Below are positions 52,197 to 64,000 of a stretch of DNA of 64,000 bases, piece by piece. Each line of letters opens with the position of its first letter. Positions within the stretch are counted from its first letter, which is position 1. Source of the stretch: Vicugna vicugna (taxonomy: Eukaryota); assembly GCA_013265495.1 (NCBI GenBank), contig MU061538.1, forward strand, positions 1,366,001-1,430,000, read 5' to 3'. The notes beneath the pieces are model-generated. The model saw only the letters and a list, made by a program, of their open reading frames with translations, ran no database searches and had not been told where the DNA came from. Position numbers and translations under genes: made by a program.

Positions 52197-52953
52197 TAAA
52201 AACAAATTTTTTTTATGTTTTAGTTGAAGTATAGTCAGTTTACAGTGTGTCAATTTCTGGTGCGCAGCATCAGGTTTCAGTCATACATACACACATACAC
52301 TCCTTTTCATGTTCTTTTTCATTGTAGGTCACAACGAGGTATTGAATATAGTCCCTGTGCTGTACAGTAGGACCTTGTGGTTTATCTGTTTTATATGTAG
52401 AAGTTCATGTCTGCAAATCTCAAACACCTGATTTATCCTTCCCCACCACCTTCCCCCCTGGTAAACATAAGATTGTTTTTTGTGTCTGTGAGTCTGCTTC
52501 TGTTTTGGAAATAAGTTCACTTATGTCTTTTTTTTTTTTTTAGGTTCCACATATAAGCAATATCATATGGTATTTTTCTTTCTCTTTTTGTCTGACTTCA
52601 CTTAGTAGGACAATCTCCAGGTCCATCCATGTAGCTGCAAATGGCATTATTTTATTCTTTTTTATGGCTGAGTAGTATTCCATCATATAAATATACCACA
52701 ACTTCTTTATCCAGTCCTCTGTTGATGGACATGTAGGTTGCTTCCATGTCTTGATTACTGTAAATAGTGCTGCTGTGAACATTGGGGAGCATGCATCTTT
52801 TTGAATTAGAGTTCCCTCTGGATACATGCCCAGGAGTGGAATTGCTGGATCATATAGTAACTCTGTTTTCAGTTTGGTAAGAAATCTTCATATTGTTTTC
52901 CCTAATGGCTGCACCAAACTGCATTTCCACCAATAGTGTACGAAGGTTCCCTT
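52197..52953 (-). mobile_element. Relatively young 5'-truncated L1
   Basis: ORF 52540..52827 ([54 protein letters not shown]) is the ORF2 C-terminus; likely TSD CAG(GG/AT)AATATTCTT at 52183-52196 and 52954-52967. Confidence 0.95.
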
Positions 52954-54429
52954 CAGATAATATTCTTGATGTACTTTTATTTCCACCATCACATCCCTGT
53001 TGTGACATGTTGCTGGGAAGCAGATGATGCTCCATGAATTTCCAAGAATACGAGTAAATCACCCACTGGGGGGCTGTTCTGGGTGGTTCAGCTCTCTACC
53101 TGGGGCTGGGTTGCAGCCCTGCCTGTGGGAGGCTGCATCCACGACCTGCCCTTGTGGCTTTCATCTTGTTCATGTCAATAAACACGTTCTTTACTTTGGA
53201 GTCGTTGGTATCATGTCACACTTGGGGAGCACTTTACGCACATGTCTTCGTTGTGCTCAGGAATCCACTTCTCCACTTGTAACACGGGGATACTCCCCGC
53301 CATGGGGTGTGTTAGGCAGTGATCGTGGTTAAGTCACGAGGGGCAGAGTCATGGAAATCGGGAGGCTTCGAGTTTTGTTCAGACCTTGACGCTGACGGAC
53401 ACGCGACATTGGGCAGATAGTCAAGCCTTCCTGGGCCCCTTCTGAACTCTCCGTGAAATGAAGCAACGGGGCTGACGGCCGTGGCGGCCCTTTCCACTCT
53501 GACCCTCTTGCTGGAATCCAGAGCACGTGGAGGACTGCGTGCAGGTTTGGTGAAGGGCCTGCCCCTCCTCCCCGTGAGCGGCCAGGGGAGGTTGCACAGT
53601 CACCACTGGGAGTGGACCTCTGGCGGTGAGAACTTCCGCTGAGCCCTGCAGCCAGGGTCTTGGACCGCCCGGTGTCCCTGGAGGGGACAGAAACGCAGCA
53701 GCTCCTCGCCAGAGGGGTGCCCACGGGGTCGGGATGCTGCACTGAGTACCACCCCCACCGTCCTGTCTTCCTGCCTCTCCTTCTGGAGACTCAGACCACC
53801 ACATGGGCACCTTCCGAGGCCCCGGTGCCCTCCCAGGTGCACGTGTCAGGTGAAGGGGTGGCTGCCGGGAGTGGAGGACCCCATCCCATGCGAGCATCAC
53901 CGAGGCGGAAGCAGACAGGCTGTGGCCACCCTCCCGTCCCGCCTGTGCACCCCGTGCTGATTGGGCTCCATGGTTCTCTGGCTCCCTGGGGCTGCGGGGT
54001 GGGATCTGTCCACTTGAGAGCTTCCTTCTCTGGGAACCAACACCCTATTTGTCATGCAACCTTTTTCTCAGTACAGAGGACGTGAGGTCCTTGGTCACGA
54101 GACAGGGTGGACTTGAGCTGTCCACACCTGCGGTTTCCTAAGGCGTGAGCATCCATCTGGTTCCTGGCCGCTGCCCCGTCCATACATCTCATTCCGCAGA
54201 CTGTCAGGGAGGTCTGGAGAGATCCCATCTTGGCCAGGGTGCGGCCAGAGCCAAGACCCCCGCTGCTCTCCCCACCAGGACCTCCTGGTCCTAATGAATG
54301 GACATCCCTACCTGCTCTGCAGTCCACTGCTTCATCCAGAATCAGTAGACGGGGAGGAGTTTGGCCTCATCTACGGTCAGTTCGATTGATACCTGACCTG
54401 TTCACAGGCCAGAGCTGGTGTTTGACGGG

Positions 54430-54535
54430 GTCCATGGTTTGATCCTCCCCCCACCACTGTCTGCCTGGTGGCCTTGGGCACGTTTCTTCATCTCTCTGTG
54501 CTTCAGCTTCCTCACCTGTGACTTGGGAAAATACC
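54430..54535 (+). mobile_element. MIR fragment
   Basis: ggtttgatcctcc...ggccttgggcacgtttcttcatctctctgtgcttcagcttcctcacctgt. Confidence 0.75.
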
Positions 54536-55739
54536 CACCAGACAAAGTGACTTGTGAGGATGGAACTGGGGCGGGCAGGCAGCCCCACGGCCCCCACTCA
54601 CCCAATTCGCTGTGGCTGCGCGGGGAGGAGGGCGGGTCCTCTCAGAGGGAAATCTGGGCACCGCACTGAGACTGTAGAAAGTCAGGAGAGAAACCCGGCG
54701 TGGACAAGAAGACCGATTCAGTTCAATCATGCACTTGTTTCATGGTCACCAGCCGTGTGCCCAGGACGCTTGGCGAAGTCGAGGGAGTTGGGAAATTGAT
54801 GTGGTCCTTGCACTGAGAGGGTGTGCGTCTGTGAGAGGAGGGGGGCACCGCGGCTGGCCTGGCCGGGCTGTGAAGGAGTGGGTGGGCAGGAGTGACAGCT
54901 GGTGGCGTGCGGCAGACCCCTGGTTGGTGGCGACAGGGACTGTGGGAACAGAGTGTGCATCTGGTGTGCCCGGTGAGGCCGTCTGGTCTCCGGGTGGGTC
55001 CCGCAGTTTCCTCCCATCGAAGGTGGGGGGCTGGTGAAATGGGGCACACGGGCCCCTCCAGCTCTGTCGTTTGTACACTCCGGAAATGTCAGCGAGCACA
55101 GCGAGAGAGAAGCAGTTGCTGGCCTGGAGCTGGTAACTGGTAACTGGGGTGGTAACTGGGGTGACTGGGGTAACCGTGTTCTCCAGTAACTCGGCGCTTT
55201 GCAGGGTGTCTTGTGGGGTGGGGACGGGGTCTGAGGTGGCCAGTGACACACCTGGGCAAGGTGACCTGAATGTGATTGAGTTCGTTGGTCTGCACTGAAT
55301 TTGCACGCATAGGGGCTCATTCACATGTGTAATTGTAAAATTCTCTGGGAAGTACCCGCAGACGGCTCGCAGATACTCTCTGGGTACGTGATTCCACGTC
55401 TGAACACAGCCCCTGGGGCCGGCGTGCGGGCGGGAACCATGCTCTCCAGGCCCCGAGGCTGCAGGCCCGCTCGGTGCGCTGTGACCCTGTTGGCCTCTTG
55501 CTCTGTCCAGCACTCGTCCGCCTTCCTGGCTGTCGATGATGAAGTTGATAAGCGTAACTTGCCGACAGTGACTCCAACATGCGTGACACAAAACCTGGGT
55601 CCCACCCATCTCCCCGCAGCCCAGTGCCCAAATCGCAGCTCGCACTGGGCTGCCTCTGCGTCTTAAATCCCTCCCGGGCCTTTCCTGAGCTGCTCTGCTC
55701 CCCCGGTGTGCGGATCCGGGCTGGGGCGCTTGCAAACAT

Positions 55740-55895
55740 CTTACTGCCGTGCCAGCGCCAGGCACTCACAACTTACACCCGAGTGCTGCTTCTTGGTTCA
55801 CAAAAGCACTTTTGCAGCTATGATTTAACCTGAGTCCCACAACCACCCCGAGACAGGCACTTTTATCCTCATTTTTCAGCAAGGAAACCCTGGAG
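55740..55895 (-). mobile_element. MIR fragment
   Basis: tttaacctgagtcccacaaccaccccgagacaggcacttttatcctcattttt..aaggaaacc. Confidence 0.65.
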
Positions 55896-58394
55896 GAGCA
55901 GGGGACGGGGCGTCCAGGGTGGGGAGCCGGCCTCTGGGCTCCGAGTTCGGAGCTGTTTCCCTGGGATCCTCGGGACGCCCTTGGGCGAAGCCCGGATGGA
56001 CCACCTTCCTGGACCGTCCCGCCCAGATGTGAGCAAGGGGCAGGTGTTTCTCAGACTCCACGAGACTGACTGCAGGAGAAGCTGGGGTTGCTCGCAGCCG
56101 GGCCGCGGGCCGGCCTCCGGGGAGGTTGCGGATTGGCTCTCCCTGCTGCTGCCGACTTCTGACCCCACTCCGCTGCGGGTCCTGAGGCCAGACGTTTCCT
56201 GATGTGATTCCTCAAATGGCAGCGCAACAGAAGGCACGCACGGGCCTCCCGAGGAGCCTGGACGCTCCCAGGGGTGACTTGCTGTTAGAAACTGCCACCC
56301 GTGGGGGAGTTCCCTTCCCGCTCGTGGCTCCTGGGCTGAACGCGGGGAACGATGCCTGGGAGCAGAGCAGGCACTTGCAGTGTCTGTGGCGTGCTTAGGC
56401 AGCTAGTGAACAATGCAGCCACGTAAGCTTAAGGGGAAAACCAGCACCGCTGTTTGCGCTGATGCAAAGGCACTTGGGCTCTGCCTTCCTTTCAGGAGCT
56501 GTCTGTCGGGAAGCGAAGTGGAGCCGGAGAGGCGGGTCAGTGGAGCGGTGTTTTGGGACTGCCCCTGGAAGCATTTTTGCTTGCTGCTTTTTCGTCTGAC
56601 TCTGGTGGTTCAACTAGACTAGTGGGTTACTGAGGGGCCTCTCAATAATGCCTGAGCTGATTCAAAGAAATGGGGGAAAACTGTGAGTGAGCAGGTGATT
56701 CACCAGCCAGTTGTTTGAGGACACCTGCGCTGTGTGCGGCTGGCTGAGGGGCGGGCCAGGGGTCCCTGGCCTTGTGGGCTGTGTGGGTCAGCGGTTCTGA
56801 CCCACGGGTCGCACCTCAAGAGGCTGGAGCCGGTTATGCAGGAAGCAGCGGCCGGGGGACGGTCCTCTCTGTCTGAAGGAGGAGGGCCCGTCCCTCACTG
56901 GGAGGTCTGGGTGGCTAGGGGGAGGAGGACGCTCACGTCTCCGTCCGAGGATCCGAGGCCAGGCTGGGGCTGGGCAGCCCTTGTGGCTGTGGTTGTGGCG
57001 CTGGGAGAGGTCGCGGGCAAGGCTCCCTTGTCCTCAGGAGTCAACGGGACGGGAGGCTGCTCCAGCTGGACGAAGGAAGACCCGGAAAAACGCTTTAGGA
57101 ATTTGTGTCCTGAGGCTGGGGCCTTTCCTTTGTGACCTTGTCACCCTTGCAGGCGGGCTCCACGGAACGCCCCGTCTTCATCCGACCTCATTTCCCTAGT
57201 GGCTGGTAGCAGGAAGAGAGCCTCACTGAGGAGACCCAAGTTGTCTGCACACAAGTTCCTGCCAGAGGCCCGCTACTGATTGGAAATGAGCCGTTGTGAT
57301 GTTTGGAGTGGTCCTTTCTCTATTTCCACCCATTTTAACCAAGAAGAATTGACTTTCTTTTCAAATCATGTCATTGAAACAATGACACATGCTTCCCACA
57401 TGTGGTCAAACTTCATTTTTCCACCAAAACCAAGTTTTGCCCTGAAGCCAGAACACATGTAAGCCAAACCAGCACCCAGCATCCGACAACGGGTCTGCAT
57501 GCGCTTCTGTCTGTGAGGTTGGGGGATGACAGTGCGAAGTGATCGTGCGCCCCCAGATCTGACCCCCAGCCCCGCACTTCCCACCTCGTGCTCAGGGAGC
57601 AGGGCTGCTCCCCGTCCTCCGTGCTGTGGGCGGTCAGGACGCCGCGGGACGGCCGGCAGCGCTCTCGCGGGCCCAGCAGCGTCCGCGCTTCTCGCCGGCA
57701 GTGCAGAGGGTGGTCTCACTGTAGCCCCGCGACGGCTTCTTCTCCCGACGCCTGCCCACACCCCTGTGGCTGCTACGCCGCTTCTCTGGCTGACACCCCC
57801 ACAGCAGTAAGATCGCGCGGTGATGTGCCTGTGCGACGGCCTGGCCCTGCTGGCCGCTGCCCCTCGTCCGCTCCTTCCTCCGGCTCGGGACCTGCCGGAC
57901 CACTTGGCGGCAGTTGTGGCTCCGCCCAGGCCTGGTTCCCGGGGCCCTGCGCCTGCTCTGTGGACGGTCAGGGACTCCTCTTCCCCGGATGCCCCTCGTC
58001 TGGTCTCGCTTCTCTGTTCAAGAGCAGTCGTCCTGGGGACTCGGCAGCAGAATTCATGGGAGATGAAATGTTACTCCAGTAAGTACTTCCTAGATTTTGA
58101 GACCAGCATAGCTACCGTCTCTGAAACGCACTCAGTTAGAGATGGCGGACCCCCCGACTTGACTGTCGCGGGTTTTCTGCATCCGTGCTCCCGTGTCCTC
58201 CCTTCTTGTGCTGCGTGACGCCTGCCAGCCCCTGTGCTGCTCATCTCCTGCCCGTCCTTGGAGGCGAATCTCCAGCCGAGCCTTCAGACCCCTCCTCCAG
58301 TGACCCCAGCCTCACGCTTTTGTTCTTGACCCTGAGTGCTCACAGTCTGGGTGTTTCCTGGGATAAGGCTGATTTATATCGTGAATTGCCTTTG

Positions 58395-58745
58395 TGGGCA
58401 TAGTCGTCAGGGAAACGCAAACCAAAAGCACTCACACCTATTGGGATGGCTACTGCTTGTAAAAAGGCAAATGCTGGTGAGGATATGGACGGAAGGACAT
58501 CTCCGTGGGCCGTTGGTGGAGGTGTACATTGGTGCAGTCATCGTGGAAAACAGTATGGAGGGTCCAGCAATCTTTCCTCTGGGCATGTACCCAAAGGAAA
58601 TGAAACCAGTGCCTCAGAGAGACCCCTGCCTTGCCTCACTCACTACGACTTTGTTCATGACACTCGAGATACGGAGACAACCTCTGGGTCTTCCCGTCAG
58701 CAGGTGAAGGGGATAAAGAAATTGCGTTTGCACCAAATGATGGAA
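58395..58745 (+). mobile_element. Ancient L1 ORF2 3' fragment
   Basis: aaatgctggtgaggatatgg...ttggtgcagtcatcgtggaaaacagtatggag...ccagcaatctttcctctgggcatgtacccaaaggaaatgaaa. Confidence 0.8.
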
Positions 58746-59049
58746 AACGTTACTCTTCATCAAGGTGTCTGGAAAGAGACACTGCCTTTGGGGCACGTTA
58801 CAGACCAGCAGTGACCCACACCTGGTCAGCACAGACTCGTTTACAGAATGAACTCCTTGCTGTTGCCAGCTACTCCAAATTACCAATGTTTAATTAAAAG
58901 GAAAACATGATTTACTTCCACAAAAGGCTAGAAGTGAAATATGACAGCTTATATGTACAGATGCTGGAGACTGTGCCACTTACACGGACACGTCTGTGGA
59001 GTGGAGTACCTGTCAGCTTTTCGGTAGGAGAGCCTGCTGTTTGCAACAA

Positions 59050-59450
59050 GGTGCACAAACCTGGAGGCCGCTGTGAAACGAGCCAGGCAGAGAAAGGAGA
59101 GAACTGCTTATACGTGGAATTGGAAAGAGTCAAGTACATAGAAGCAGAGAGTAGTAGCAGGTGGTTATGGGGGGTAGGGGGGATACGGCCCGAGGGCACG
59201 AGGCGGCGGTCCTGCAGGACGAGTGAGTCTAGAGGTCTAACGCGGGGCCTGGGGACTGGGCTGAGTGATGCTGTGCTGAGCCCTGGACGTCGGCTGAGAG
59301 AGTGCGTTCCAGATGCCCCCGTCACACACGGACAGAAAAGGGAACTAGATTCACTAGCTCGACGGTAGTAGTCATTCCACTGTGTACATGGACATCAAAT
59401 CACCATGTCGTACGCCTTCAGTAGATACAATCCTTATAAAAGCACAGTAA
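59050..59450 (+). mobile_element. L1 3' end (L1MA/MB-like)
   Basis: aaacctggagg..gccaggcagagaaag..catagaagcagagagtag..tctagaggtctaa..catcaaatcaccatgtcgtacgcctt. Confidence 0.8.
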
Positions 59451-60816
59451 ATTAAACCAGACGGCATCCTCGATTTCATCATGGTGGTAGCGCAGTGCCT
59501 CCCACGTTGGGGACATCATGAGCACGTGGTTGCTGGCCTCGCTGGCTGCCCCTGATTTATCCGGGAAGCCTGGACAGAGGTGGAGTTGTGGTTGGGCAGG
59601 AGAGCTGAGCTTACACGTGGGTACCCCTCCTTTCCGCCGCTTTGCCAGGAGAAGGCCGAGGCAGGGCGGTGCCCACCTGAACCCCGCAAGACGAAGTCCC
59701 TGCCGCGGGCCCAGGTGGTGCCTGGCTTCCCCGCCCTAGGCGTCCTGCACCCTGGGGTTTCCTCGTGGGGGCCTGTTGTCCGGTGGGGCGGGGGCGCTGG
59801 GCTGGAGGAAAGGTGGCAGGGCTACGAGTCAGGTGTCTTCCGCTGCGGCATTTGGTGCTGATTTTGTTCCCTCCAGGAGCAGCCTTGGTCCTGCTCCTGC
59901 CTGAGGAGACGCGTGTGAAGTCCTGACAGTGCTGGATGCTCAGTTAGGCCTTTTCTATTTTTAGATCCTATTTTATGACTCAAGTGTTGACTTCATGGAA
60001 ATGATGTCATCATAAAAGTTGCCTGAAAATGGAATCTCCCAACTCTAAACCCATTTCTTTATTGACTTATGTAATTGTCTCCCAGCAGGAAATCCTACCC
60101 TAATTTCTGATCGATTTTCAGTCAGCCCCAGCTACCAACACAGTAAAAATGTCTGCCTGAGCCCGTTGTCAAGTAATTAACAAGTGACAGCAGACACTTA
60201 CTGACACTCAAAAGTTACTTCAAGGAAACACTGAACGAGGCATTTTGTAAAGCAGAAATTCTTCCTGTTTACCTGGGCTCCTGTAGGAAGGGTCGCACAA
60301 GTGTAGCTTTTCAAATTAAGTTAAATGAACAGGCGCTCATCGGGTTTCCACTGTGCTCCTCTTCCTGGCCCTGCAGCTGCAGTCGCTAGCCCGTGGGGTA
60401 GCGGGTGCCTGAGCGCGCCTGTCACCACCAACCCGGGTTGGGGTTTCTCCTTGCAGGTTCAGCCGTGCGGGTCTCCCCTGCCCCCGTCGGGGCAGGAGGT
60501 GGAAACGGGCAGATTCAGCCCTGCTGGTCACGGCCCCGGGGCCCTGGTCACGGCCCCGGGGCCCTCTTCCCTGCACCTGTCCCCACCTCCCGATACCTGG
60601 GTGTTCCCCGAAGCCCGCTCGGGCGGGGGGCGGGGGGCTGCGTATTTCTCCAACTCTGGCCGTCGGGGCTGGTTCGTTTTCCGAGAACTGTGGTAGGGTG
60701 ACGGCTCACCGGTGCAGCACCACGTCCCCAGTCTCTCCTGCTGTCTGGGTTTTGCAGCGGTACCTCCTCCCTGCGTGCTGATGTAGCCTGAATCACACCC
60801 CAGTTCTGGGCATGTG

Positions 60817-61235
60817 CAGGTATCCCCTGCTTTTCCAAAGTTCGCTTTACGCTACTTCGCTTTTATGGAAGACCTGCATCAGGACCTGTTTTCACTCCCC
60901 ATGAGAAATCTGAAGAGGATTTTCACTTTTACCAAAAAAGAGGCAAAAAGCGAAAATCTCATTCAGCTCAGCATGTCTTTCATGGAGCATTACAGGGGCA
61001 GCGCCCCCCGCCCGCAGCAGTGGGAGGGGCCCCGCCAAGCCCCTCCCGTCCCCGGGACCCCGCGGTGTCTCAGCCCCCCCCCAGCCCTGCTGCTGTGACT
61101 GTCTGTGCGCCCCTGTGCTTCACCTCCATTTATTCTGTGCACCGTGAGCAAGACCGGTCCTCAGGTAACTGCTCTTTTGCTTTGCACCATTCCGGCTTGG
61201 AGAGGTTTCCTAGTAACCGAAACTGCCCCCAGGGT
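60817..61235. mobile_element. Probable non-autonomous Tigger/TcMar DNA transposon relic
   Basis: Terminus caggtatcccctgcttttccaaagttcgctttacgctacttcgctttt has the Tigger-style CAG start and repeated ttcgcttt; the right end is degenerate. Confidence 0.45.
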
Positions 61236-61509
61236 GACTTTTTCATCTGGGTCCTTCTCCCAGTTTGCCCAGATGCTGGGATCTTGGAGAGTCTGCGTGA
61301 GGCTTCTCAGCATCCTGGTGTGAAATGCAGTCTACCTTCCCCACACGGCGAGGCATTTGCACCTCCAGGCTGCCCACCTCCCGCCCCTCTCTTGTCCACC
61401 AGGCACCCTGAGAACAGGAAAAGGCCCGTGGTCGGCGTGGGGAGGCGGGCTGTGTCTGCCCTGCCTTGCGGGCCGGAAAGCAGCCTGGGGGCAGAGGGAG
61501 GGTCGACTT

Positions 61510-61737
61510 TCCTTTTATTTTAAGTTGGAGTCTAGCTGGGTTACAATGTTGTGTTAGTTTCTGGTGTACAGGATAGGGATTTCGTTATACACACACGTAT
61601 GTGTACACAATCCTTTCCAGATTCCTTTCTGTTGTAGGCTGTTACAGGATATTGAATACAGTTCCCTGTGCTGTAGATGAGGACCTTGCTGTTCGTCTGT
61701 TTCACACATAGTGGTGTGTGTCTGCGATTCTAGAACG
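61510..61737 (-). mobile_element. Artiodactyl L1 3' end fused to U6
   Basis: ttacaatgttgtgttagtttctggtgtacag...ttacaggatattgaatacagttccctgtgctgtag..ggaccttg. Confidence 0.9.
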
Positions 61738-61833
61738 AAAAAATATGGAAGTCTTCAGGAATTTGCATGCCCTCCTTGTGCAGGGGCCATATCTTTATTC
61801 CAGTTTTAGTAAACGTGCTGTGGAAATGAGCAC
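61738..61833 (-). pseudogene. U6 snRNA retro-pseudogene
   Basis: The minus strand reads GTGCTCATTTCCACAGCACGTTTACTAAAACTGGAATAAAGATATGGCCCCTGCACAAGGAGGGCATGCAAATTCCTGAAGACTTCCATATTTTTT, colinear with U6 end to end; about 12 nt are lost, removing the ACAGAGA box and the AGC triad. Confidence 0.93.
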
Positions 61834-62544
61834 CCAACATATATTTTAATAAACAATGGCAGTGGTTAACTGAAAGGAGGAGGTCCCTCGGAGAATTTCA
61901 GGCATGAGAATGTAGTTGAAAGGAAAAGCATGACTTGACAAAAAAAAAAGAAATGCTATGACTACGATTGCCCTTTTAAAAAAATCTATAAAATAACATT
62001 GCACAAAAAATTGCTTCCTTTATGAACATGTGAACAGTCCCTGTGGATAACTAATGTCTTATGTCCCAGCATCCAGTTTATTTGTTAATTTCAGAATGAC
62101 CTGACTACATACCTGTTAGATTCAGGGCCACGAGCTGGCCGAATGCAGGTGAAAAGACACTGTTCCTTAGAGTCTGAAATTTGGGGTAAATCAGGAGAGT
62201 GGGACGATCTCCAAGCCAGACGGTCAGCATCCCCCGTGACGCAGGGCCACTTGTCTGAGGCCTTCAGCAAGTGGCCGTGTCTGTGTCCCCACCTCCTGTG
62301 GCACTGACCAGGAACCAGGTGGCAGTCGCTGACTTTATGACTCACTCTCTTACGCTGTATTTCTCATCTTGCACCAAAACGTGTCTTCTTTTACTTCGCT
62401 CAGTAGTTCTAGCTCTTTCTCTCGGAGCTGCACGGAAGGCAGTTGCGGATTCTAGAGAAGGTCGGCATGACTGTCCATCCCCCAGGTGTCCTCTTCCCAG
62501 TTTCCTCCAGCCATTCTTACTCGCTATGGGTATTTTGCAACGGG

Positions 62545-62770
62545 AACAACTGGGATTTGGAGTCTGACGTGGGGCTGGCCATTTACTAGCTGCGTGAGGT
62601 TGGGCACCGACGTTAGCGTTTTGGTTAGTTAGGAGCTTGTGTTTTCTCACTGGTGGGACAGAGGTGAAAATGCCGCCATCTGAGATTGCTCTGAAGATGA
62701 GGCAGGGAAGTCTGTTGTGACAGTGCCCGCCTGGACTCGGCGCGGCGGCGTGCTAGCAGAGCTTTGTGCT
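62545..62770 (+). mobile_element. MIR fragment
   Basis: tttggagtctgac..ggccatttactagctgcgtgaggttgggca...gttttctcac. Confidence 0.6.
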
Positions 62771-63660
62771 GGGCGGCAGGGGAGGTGGCTGGCGATCGCG
62801 CTCCGTCCGTCTCGTGTGTTCCTGGGCCCTGCCTGGTTGTTCAGCAACAGATAGTCAATAAAATAAAGTACTCAAATTCGAGTATGGACGCTGGCCTGGC
62901 AGCCGAGGGCAGGGAGCGCGGGCTCTGCTCCCTGGTTTCCTCTGAGCTCTCACCCGGGCAGCTGATAGGGCGTAGTTTAAGCAGCATCCACTGCGGAATG
63001 CAGTGCAGGCGCAGCTCCTTGAACCGCCATTCAACCCAGACGCTCGAGTCTGCGTCCGTCTGTGGTGAGGCCGGGCTTCCTGCTCCCAGTGGTCTGCAGC
63101 GGAGTGTAAAGCCAAGAGCAGGGCCCCTCTCCTCCAGCTGGACTTGGGGTCCGCTCTCAGGCACCCACCTCGGGCTTTGGGGAGGTGGCTGAAGCTTGAG
63201 TCACCGCCCGCTCCTAACTGTGCCATCTGCTGTGTTTGGTTAAGCGTATTTTATTTGGAATTTGAGGCCGACCTGGCTGCGGCGTCTTCTCTCCACCAGT
63301 TGCCGGTTCGAATCAGCATTTAAGGACCGCAGGGCCAGCCGCTCGCACCCCTCCCTGCGTGTGCTTTCCGTGGAAGAATCCGGCCCTCCGGCTTACAGAA
63401 GGGGTTTTCTTCAGTCAGGGCAGGCCGTCTGTTTCTTCATGCAGTCAACTCTCAGTTGTACCGAAGTGGGACACAGAGTAGCAGAATCCTGCCTCACGCC
63501 ACCTTCCTCCGGAAAGGCTGAAGTCCGTGTGCTCTTTGCAGTATTTTCACTTTTCAGCCAACCGGGAATCCAGCTAATGGTACGACTGTCCCCCTCTTCC
63601 TGTGTCTCTATGGAGACAGCGTCATGGACGCACCGCCCCTCGATGTAAAGGATGAACGGT

Positions 63661-63790
63661 GGGGGCGGGTGGAGCTCAGGGCTGGAGCGCGTGCCTAGCA
63701 CGTGTGAGCTCCTGGGTTCAGTCCCCAGTACCTCCCTTTAAATAAATAAAGCTAATTACCACCCCCCCAAAATAAACAACAACAACAACA
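63661..63790 (+). mobile_element. tRNA-Ala-derived SINE (camelid vic-1-like)
   Basis: gggggcgggtggagctcagggctggagcgcgtgcctagcacgtgtgagctcctgggttcagtccccagtacctcc..aaataaataaagctaattaccacccccc; degenerate TSD aaaggatgaacggt (63647-60) / aaaagatgagcagt (63790-803). Confidence 0.9.
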
Positions 63791-63809
63791 AAAGATGAGC
63801 AGTAACGTC

Positions 63810-63935
63810 GGCGCTGAGCACTTCCCGAGAGCACTGTGCTGAGGTGTCACCAGCGCAGCAGAAGGAACTTGCGTGTGAAGCACAGTTACTTTCCTTATTT
63901 TACAGCTGGGCAACTGTAGCTGAGCCAAGTGCAGG
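63810..63935 (-). mobile_element. MIR fragment
   Basis: gctgagcactt..gcactgtgctgagg...ccttattttacagctgggcaactg. Confidence 0.6.
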
Positions 63936-64000
63936 AGGTCCCCCCCGATCACAGGCTGGAAAGCCGAGCAGCAGCGTTCGCACACAGGCGGGCGAGCCGC

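Noticed and set aside
52540..52827. ORF with protein-like composition
   Set aside because: It is the truncated L1 ORF2 C-terminus, not a host gene; the same applies to 30147..30359, 25687..25935 and 26186..26389.
54746..55765. 339-aa minus-strand ORF (also 750..1706, 699..1358, 42857..43570, 30369..31001)
   Set aside because: Pro/Arg/Gly/Ala-rich with no recognisable domain, overlapping ORFs in several frames, and some cross repeats. This is expected from stop-codon scarcity at high GC.
58023..58084. Possible exon ending at CCA|GTAAGT
   Set aside because: The donor is good but the acceptor is ambiguous, the peptides are unrecognised, and no partner exons were found.
60524..60565. 20-bp tandem duplication containing the palindrome GGCCCCGGGGCC
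   Set aside because: A simple two-copy slippage with no further structure; the 14-bp duplication at ~50137-50168 is similar.
61738..61833. Functional U6 gene
   Set aside because: Catalytic motifs are deleted, there are many substitutions, and it is fused to L1.
1..64000. Inferring host-gene strand from L1 orientation
   Set aside because: Minus-strand fragments are more numerous, but the longest copy and several others are on the plus strand, so the signal is too weak.

Overview
This is mammalian genomic DNA, not prokaryotic. It is probably camelid, because it carries two copies of a tRNA-Ala-derived SINE with the AAATAAA..CTAATTACC..CCCCC tail I associate with camel and alpaca, plus artiodactyl-type L1 3' ends. 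The window is GC- and CpG-rich and looks like a large intron or gene desert. I found no supportable protein-coding exon and cannot name a host gene. The long ORFs in the track are GC-rich noise, except a few that are decayed LINE-1 ORF2 pieces. Content: many L1 fragments (one ~5 kb ancient copy with a nested younger L1), MIR/L2, MaLR/ERVL LTR and DNA-transposon relics, microsatellites, a CpG island at ~43.9-44.7 kb, and several AT-rich, homeodomain-motif-dense islands resembling enhancers. Most notable are a U6 snRNA/L1 chimeric retrocopy (61.5-61.8 kb), a 36-bp minisatellite built from E-box/HRE palindromes next to Forkhead sites (14 kb), a segment with full C/D-box snoRNA architecture (34.1 kb), and locally strong AT-to-GC shifts inside repeats. 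I see no clear evidence of a wholly new system. Repeat family names come from recalled consensus sequences, and boundaries are approximate unless TSDs are quoted.
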